From NCBI GenBank assembly GCA_040357565.1, contig JBDODJ010000035.1: 64,000 bases of DNA; one strand, given 5' to 3'. This stretch comes from Cercozoa sp. M6MM. Taxonomy: Eukaryota; Protista; Endomyxa: Ascetosporea. The translations under genes were made by a program, and so were the position numbers. This document shows positions 56,300 through 64,000 of the stretch, in pieces. The notes beneath the pieces are model-generated. The model saw only the letters and a list, made by a program, of their open reading frames with translations. It did not search any database and was not told the DNA's origin. Positions within the stretch are counted from its first letter, which is position 1, and the number at the start of each line of letters is the position of its first letter.

Positions 56300-58023
56300 A
56301 TGAGCAGTCACGCGTTCTTGTTGAAGAAGGCATGGCACCCCCAGCGCTATGATAACCAGGTGCGTTTTGTCTTCGTTCTTGCTTCCTTCCTGTGTTCAGC
56401 ACCAAGTTATGCTTTGCCATGGACAGGCCAAGGTCTTCGAGGCCGAGCTTCAGCGCGACAGGCGCGAGAAGGACATCGCTGAGCACCAAAAACTGTAAAC
56501 TGCATATATGGGCTGGCAGATTGATTTAGACTATGATTATGTTTTGCGTTTTTACAGTCTTAAACAAGAGCGCGAACTTGAAGAGTTGCGAAAGCTGCAG
56601 GAGGAGGCTGGTTTGGTGACGAAGCAGCGCAAGCGTGTCGAATGGATGTATCAACAACCGCTTTCGAGCAGCGATATGGCCAAGAAGCACGAAGAGTACC
56701 TGCTTGGCAAAGGTGCCTTTCCTTCCACACAGTGTTTTTGGTGGTTTCCATTGTTATCGTTATTTAGAGGCTGATGCCACGGCTATTCGCGAGGCCGATG
56801 AACAGGCCGACAAGGCAAATGCCGAGCGTCGTCATGGCGCTTTCCGCTACGCCGGCAGTGGCGACGCCCTGCTGCAGCAGCTCGATCAGGTAGCTTATTC
56901 TCTGCCTCTTCCTGTTTCTTTTTTAGCTCACTGACTCGTTGTTGTGCCCGTGCACAGGAAGAGAAATTGCGACACGATCCGCTGATGAAGATGATGCAAG
57001 CACAACGCGAGAAGCAACTGGTAGACACAAACATTTGCACAGCTTCCAGTGCCTGTTCCGATGCTGTCACTCTTGCATTGTTCACAGGCGATCCTGCGCG
57101 ATCCTCGCCGATTGCGACAGCTTCGAAATGAAGTCGAGACCCTGCGCCTCTTGCGTCGGCAGCAAAAGTACGCTACTTGCTTTGTATGTGTTATGCTTCC
57201 CCTGGGACAATCAAGTTCGACCATTTTGCAGGCGAAACGAATCGGACTCCGAGTCGGAATCTGATCACTCTGACACCGAAGAGAGGTTGACTTGTGTTTT
57301 TTTGTTGTCGTTCTGCACTTTCGTTTTAAGTTTGACACTGTGCTGCAGAAGGCGCAAACGTCGCAAGAAGTCGTCCAAGAAGGAGAAGCGTAGCGTTTAC
57401 TTTCCTGTGCTGTGCTGTATGTCCTCCGTGTCAAGATAACTGGCATTCCTCCCTTGCAGGCAAGGACAAGCGCAGCAGCCGAAAGGAGCGAACGCGCAGC
57501 ATGCTGAGCAAATCGAACAAGTTTCGCAACTTTGGTCTCGTGCACGAGCACGTCGTCGACCACCCGATGCACGAGTTGGAGTACCACTTCCCCATTTCCC
57601 TTCAATCCTACATCTAGCCTTTACTTCGCTTTGCTTGCAGAAGCTCTCGTCGGCGCAGTCGCAGTCGCAGCCGCGGACGTCGGTATGTGTGCTCTTGTGT
57701 CTGCCTGTAGGTACTGTTGTGACTTTGCCCATGTGTTCAATCACGCTAGTCGCGAGAAACGCGAGCGATCGCGCAGTCGGAGTCGGCGGTATCTTTCTAT
57801 CTGCGGTCGGTTGTGTGTGTGGTGTGTGTGTGTGTGAATGTGTGTGTGTGTCTTTGTGTGTGTATGTGTGTGTATGTGTGTGTGTGTGGTGTGTGTATGT
57901 ATGTGTGTGGTGTGTGTGTGGTGTGTGTATGTATGTGTGTGGTGTGTGTTTGTATTTGTATGTGTGTGTGGTGTGTGTGTGTCGTTTCTATTAGTGTATG
58001 CATGTGTGTGTCGTTTCTGTTAA

Positions 58024-58059
<36 letters not shown>

Positions 58060-58590
58060 TTGTTGCTTGCAGTCGTGAGAAGCGCGAGCGTCGTTCGCGC
58101 AGTCGCAGTCGCAGCAAGCAGTACCACCCGTATACCTATAGTCTCTCACGCTTATGGTCCCATCATATCCGTGTGTGCGCAGTCGTGTCAAGCGCGAGCG
58201 CTCTCGCAGCCGCAGCAGCGAATGGCTGTACTTTGTCTGTCCCATCATGCATTTCTATGTCTATTCGCTTACTATCTTATGAGCCTGCTCAATGTGATCC
58301 AGGGACAAGCGTCCTCGTTCCCGCAGTCGCAGTCGTCGTCGGTACTGCCTCCTCTCCCTGTGATCAATCTTCTTTATGGGTGCGCACGTGTGCAGCATGA
58401 AGCGCAGTCCGCAGCGTTCGCCGCCTCGTCGCACTCGACGCGTCAGTCGCTCACCCCCTTCGCGGTACACCCGATTATGCTCATACCATGGTGTACCATA
58501 CGATAATACCCCCCTGTAGACGCAAAGCACGTGTCGATTCACGCGAACGTGAGCGTCGCATCAAAGAGTAACACGCACAAACACCTTTTG

Positions 58591-58639
<49 letters not shown>

Positions 58640-58649
58640 NNNNNNNNNN

Positions 58650-58698
<49 letters not shown>

Positions 58699-59121
58699 GA
58701 ACTGATCCTGTGCAGAATGCAAGAGCTGGCAGAACAGGAGAACCAGCGCTACGACCAGCAACTCAAGGAGAGTCGGAAGCGACACGAGGTGTGCCTCCTT
58801 GGTTCTGACATGTGCCTGTTCTCCCTTCCTCATACCATACCTTGTGGGCAGGTCGAAAAGGTGCGCCGTAACGCGCAGCACGTCTCCAGCGCACTCGAGC
58901 AGCCAACCTTCATCTCGCAGACTGCCGCCAAGGCGTACATGCAAGGCGACCTGCAGGATGCGCTGCGCGGCAAAAAGGGTGCTGAGTAGACAACTGCAGA
59001 CTGCGTGCTGCACACGGCGTCGAACCAATCCGATCGATTGTTGCTTCCGTTCGCTTCAGGTCTTCGGTTTCGCAGACACGACACTTTGGCTACGCCAGTC
59101 AACCATTATAGCTACTTTTAG
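56300..59121 (+). CDS. CWC25: Splicing factor Cwc25 with RS-rich C-terminus; stop at 58989 or 59121
   Basis: FLLKKAWHPQRYDNQAKVFEAE, ERELEELRKLQEEAG, RVEWMY, EEYLLGK and KLRHDPL match Cwc25 motifs. Confidence 0.88.
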
Positions 59122-59279
59122 TTAACGCTGCTATACGAGAGCAGCTTAGCACTAAATTGGGTAACTAGTCGGAACCAATTAGTAAATTAATCTTATGCAA
59201 TCATTGGTTCAGAGTCAAGGACTGCGGTCGTCTGCAAACAGCTTTCCGTCGTGTTTGGATTGCAAGCAAAGCGATCGAG

Positions 59280-60079
59280 CTACTTGGAAGCACCGGCAGC
59301 ACTCGCAGTGTCATCACTCGTCTTCTTGGACGAGGAGGACTTGGTGCTCTTCTTCTGTACCCACACAGACGACGTACATTAGAAACCGAAAGAAAAGAAA
59401 AGAAAAGAAACCTTCTTCTTCTTGCCGCTCTTGCTCTGTCGGTACGAGTCTGGAATCTTGGGCGCGAACATGAACTGCCAAACACGCACAGACGTCGCAC
59501 AAAGATATCAAAGGTAGAGTTAGAAAAAGGTAGGCCTGTACCTGCTTGGCAGCTCGGAAGGTCGAGCCATCCTGGATGGCGGCCGAGAAGGCCTTGTACT
59601 CGATGCAAGTGCTGGCGTCCAGGTTGAGGATCACCTTGAGTTTCTCGCCGATCTTGAAGCGCGTCGCCGGGTTCGTGTTGTCGCTGTTCCAGATGGCCAC
59701 CACGTCGTCCTGTGCAGGCCAAGCATTGATACGAGTCAACTGGGGACAGACGTGCGGACAGAGACAGGACACAGGGCAGAGGTAAAGACAGAAAGCACAC
59801 CTTGGCACGCGTGCTGACCGTGACACCAACGAGCGTGGGCTCCTCAAACATCTCGCCGATGGCGGCAAAGGCGAGCTCCTCCCACAGGCGGTCGATCAGT
59901 CCGTTGCCTTTGCGCACCTTGATGATCCAGCAGCCGCCGGCCGGGAAGCTCTCCCACGCCGGCACCATGTTCTTCCGGAACATGAAAACGTCGTAGTCGC
60001 GCGGCAGACGCGACGGCTGCGCCAGGAACGAGAAGCTGTCCAAGCACGCACACATAGCACCAAGTTCAACAGGCACAAT

Positions 60080-60133
<54 letters not shown>

Positions 60134-60505
60134 NNNNNNNNNNNNNNNNNNNNNNNNNNNNNNNNNNNNNNNNNNNNNNNNNNNNNNNNNNNNNNNNNNN
60201 NNNNNNNNNNNNNNNNNNNNNNNNNNNNNNNNNGGGGGGGGGGGGTACGAGCGCCAGAAGCCCTCGACGCTGCCAAAGCGTGACACCTGTGCCAGGTTCG
60301 CCTTGAAGTCCGCAAAGTTTTTGCAGTGCACTTCCTTCTTCTTGTCGAGCCAGAGCCTGCGGGACAGCCAAAAATCACAACCAATCACAATCAACACCAA
60401 AAACATGTCAACGCACGTCCAGTCCGTCTCCAATCGGTGCTCGTTCTCTGGCACCTCGACATTCTCATAATCGGCGATCTGTTGCTCCCACTGCACATAC
60501 GCCAT
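59280..60505 (-). CDS. eIF4E-family cap-binding protein
   Basis: Exons encode HRLETDWTLWLD, FGSVEGFW, VFMFRKNMVPAWES, GGCW, IDRLWEELAFAAIGE, VGVTVSTR and VAIWN. Confidence 0.92.
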
Positions 60506-60783
60506 CGGGGTAGATTTTACAACACACGGGGAAAGATCTCGGTTGTTTCAAAAAAAGAGTGTGATCACTGATCTTACCGTCGTGGGAACTTCCTCCACTG
60601 TGGCCTCCGGGGCCTATAAAAGTGTAAGAATAAACGCAAACACAAGTGCGCACACACAGGCGCACGTGCGGCCTTCAAAAACCTTCAAAGAATCGGTCGG
60701 CCGAAGAGACCACAGGAACATCTTCTCGGATAACTAACCGGTGTTGCTGCGTCAGCCATAATCTAAACACACGTGTGTGTACG

Positions 60784-62458
60784 ATGGTGAGTGCGCTGGC
60801 ACGTGATGACACTCCCGGAGATTCTGGCTCGACACTGAGCCGGAATTCGCGAGTGAGTAGTTCTGGAAGGATGAGCTGCCAGGGCATGTGCACACGCGTG
60901 GCTCGTATTCTGTTGGTGTGATGAGCAGCGAGTAAGCTTGTTTAGTTGAGCCCGATCTCAATGTATTTTTTCTGGATAGAGTAACTTGTTTGTGTCGATG
61001 TTCGTGCCAGCAGGGGCAACCAGGCGGTTGATCAGCCACCGCAACGCGCGTACTTTCTGCTCCACGTTTCGCAGTACCGAAACGACTGTGCGATGTCTGT
61101 AAGTGCAGAGCGCGAAGCAAGGCGCATGAAACACTGACGAAACTGAGCAAGCTCGACTTGCTGAAAATGCTCAAGTCTCTCAGGGCACAGCTGGCCCAAA
61201 AAAGCGAAGTTCTTGCACTGACAACGTATTTTCTGCATTGCTGCTAAATTTGGTTTGTGTCAGCACTTGCTTGTTCCAGCGAAAATTTGTGCGAACAAGC
61301 GTCGATCCAAGATGAGCTGAAGAAGGAGATTCGGCATCTCCAAGAGCAACTGCAGAGGTGCCGTGTGTCTTACTTTAAATGTCGCACTTTTTGACTCTTT
61401 TTCCAGTCGCCGACATGAGGATTCAGAAGCCAAAGACGACGAAATCCAACGACTCAAAGTTCGTCTCGATGCCTCGCAGCGACTCGGTTTGTTTCATTCT
61501 TTGACTTTGACTGGTGGACTTTCGCTGTTCTAACGTCGGTGTTTGCAGCACAAAAAAGAGCGACCGAAGTGGAAGAATTGCGCGAAAAGTTGCGTGTCTT
61601 GCGACCGAAACTGCAGTAGTTTTCTTCAATGTTTCCATTCGAGAAGGTCTCGCTGTCACTCTCTCACTCTCTCTCTCTCTCTCTCTCCCCGTAGACAGCA
61701 ACAGCGTCAGCTGTCCGAAGCACGCAACGACGCCTCTGTCGCACTTGAGCGTTTAAAGTGAGTTTGTATCCGCGCGGACACTCAGATGTGTCACGGTCAT
61801 ACAAGTATTTGCAGGACGGCACACGAGGCGCAGGTGCAAGCGCAGGAGACGGCGTCCAAGTCGCAGCGCGAGTTGCGGCAACTCGAGAGTGCCGTGGCTG
61901 CGCGGGTGGCCGCCGAGCAGCGTCGACTGCAGGAGATCCGCACGCAGCTCCAACATCAGGTTGCTGCTTCGACGCAGGTACCTACTGTCCTACCCGCCCG
62001 ATACACACTGCCGGAATGCTGGGCAGCAACACGAGGCAGACACGGCCAGGTGGCGCGACACGGAACGCGACCTGCGCAGTCGCGTGCAGCAACTCGAACA
62101 AGAGAATGCGCAGCTGCGCGAGGACATTGAAAGCGGTACAAGAGGAGTCGAAATGACCCGCCCCCTCCTTACCAACCAGTGGAACAAAGCCGTTGTCGCA
62201 CTGGACAGGTGCCGCCGAAGACAGACGATTCAACAAGCTGTGCGAGGTGCAGGCCAGACTGGGTGGCGCTTTGTTCGATCGCTCAGAACGAGAGGTAGCA
62301 ACCGTTAGTCACTCGTGATCATTATCAGTGTAATCGTTCAGTGTGATGGATCAGTGCACTACTTATTGAACCATTAGGCACGCGTGGCTGAGTTGGAGAT
62401 GCGGTGCCGCCAGCTGCTGCTGCGTGACAGTGCGTTGTGCTTTCACTGTCCTCCCTCC

Positions 62459-62508
<50 letters not shown>

Positions 62509-62518
62509 NNNNNNNNNN

Positions 62519-62570
<52 letters not shown>

Positions 62571-63347
62571 ATATATATATCGTGTTCGACAACAGAAGCG
62601 CACCGGAGACGAACGAAGCGACTGCAGGCGCAGCTGGAACTGCTGCAGGGCGGCAAGGATGCCGACAGCGGCGGCAGCAGCAGCAGCGACGACACTGGCG
62701 TCGTCGGTGGCACTCCGAGCGACCTGCGCTACGTGCGCAACGTGTTCGTCAAGTTTCTGCAACTGACGCCGCTGTCGCCGCCGCAGCAGCAGTTGCTGCC
62801 TTTGTACCATGACTTTACCTTTCCTTGCCCCTGCCTACCTTGGTCTCTCTTTGCCTCAGGCTGGCCTCGCTGCTGCACTTCAATGACGACGACCGCGATG
62901 TTGTCACCGATGCTGTGAGATCACTTTGTCTATGCGCTTTTCTCCTTTGCCTTACCTTAAGTCCCCTCCCCTCACCCCTGTAGTGGAGAAGACACCGTGC
63001 CGAACGCGCCGCGGCCGAGACGAGTGGCGTCATGGCGACGGCGCTGTCACTTTTCACCAGCGGCGCCGTTGTCGGCACCGACGACGTCATCTTCCCACCT
63101 TCTGTACCTTCTCCTCTCCTCGTGTCCTCGAGTTTTTGTCGACTGTTCTGTAGAAACCGTCAACGCCTGCGACCCCTGTGCTGTCGGAACCGACCACCAA
63201 GGATGTAACTTGACTATATCACCCCCTCCCCTGCTTTGAGTCAAAGGCATGCTCCTGCAGCTGGAAGCTGCGCGCGACGAGATGCGGAGGAGGCGGCAAC
63301 AGCGCAATCGTCTCTCTGTCGCAGAAAACGACGGCAATGCCAATTGA
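60784..63347 (+). CDS. GRIP-domain coiled-coil golgin; start approximate
   Basis: Many short coiled-coil exons are followed by DLRYVRNVFVKFLQ...QQLLPLLASLLHFNDDD, which fits the GRIP consensus including its Tyr. Confidence 0.75.
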
Positions 63348-63596
63348 GTCATTGCCCAAGATTTGGTTTCGTTATTTGCCGTCGTGATTATTACCAGTAC
63401 ATTCACGAAAGAGCCTTTGTAATTAGTTCTATATTAGTAAAGTCTTGGAGAAAACTGTGAGTAGTTATTTCCGGCTCAGTGCTTGCCCGGCTCAGCCGAA
63501 GCCAAGTTGGCTTTTTGGGGCACGAACGGCGCCAGCAGCTTCTACGCAGTGGTGCTTGTTGTTATAGCTTGTAGTTACTACTAACGACACTCCACC

Positions 63597-64000
63597 ATGA
63601 AGCTCGTGCGGTACGCTTGTTTTTTCTGAGTCGTTCCCGTTGTCCCCAGGCTGCCGGTCATGCCTGCCACCACGTGTGGCACACCTGCGTTATTGCTTTG
63701 TTGCTGGGTCATGTGGGGCACAGTGCCATTTTCTCTTTTTTTTTGTGATAAATTCGAAAAACGAAAATGTGTTTTCTTGTTTGGTTGATTTCGGCTTGCT
63801 TACTGCTATTGTTGCTGCAGGTTCTTGATGAAGCTGAGTGGTGACACAGTGACGATTGAGCTGAAGAACGGCTCGGTAGTCCACGGCACGATTACTGGCG
63901 GTGCGCTCGTTTTGTCAGCTGTGACCTTTTGATTCTGGTGGGAAGAATGTGTTTGTACAGTTGACCACAGCATGAACACGTCGCTGAAGAACGTGAAACT
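63597..64000 (+). CDS. SNRPD1: Sm protein D1; runs off the window
   Basis: Splices to MKLVR|[26 protein letters not shown]|[13 protein letters not shown]. Confidence 0.95.

Overview
Gene-dense, intron-rich nuclear DNA from a unicellular eukaryote. A SAR-type protist, possibly a rhizarian, is my inference and is not proven. The genes use the standard genetic code, have many short GT-AG introns often swollen by simple repeats, and the window has six assembly gaps. Hand-splicing gives about 21 protein genes: PRP28/DDX23, COQ6, EXO84-like, a bacterial-type class I aminotransferase, a dsRBD-less ADAT1/ADAR-family deaminase, KAE1/OSGEP, a G-alpha, a bHLH-ZIP, PCID2, a giant USP, a rhodanese-methyltransferase with an FKBP remnant, a SHAQKYF Myb, a multi-CNB AGC kinase, CWC25, an eIF4E-family protein, a GRIP golgin, SmD1 and several unknowns. 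There is also one atypical tRNA-like gene. The best candidate for an undescribed system is a TNFAIP8/TIPE (lipid-binding)-like domain fused in frame to a complete G-alpha subunit that has no N-terminal lipidation site (24181-26464). Other highlights are a single-chain kinase that looks like CNB + PKA-R + catalytic domain with cAMP-type cassettes, a tRNA scaffold with an 80-nt structured insertion and an unresolved anticodon, and 5' splice sites that mostly lack +5G. All gene models are manual and no database searches were run.
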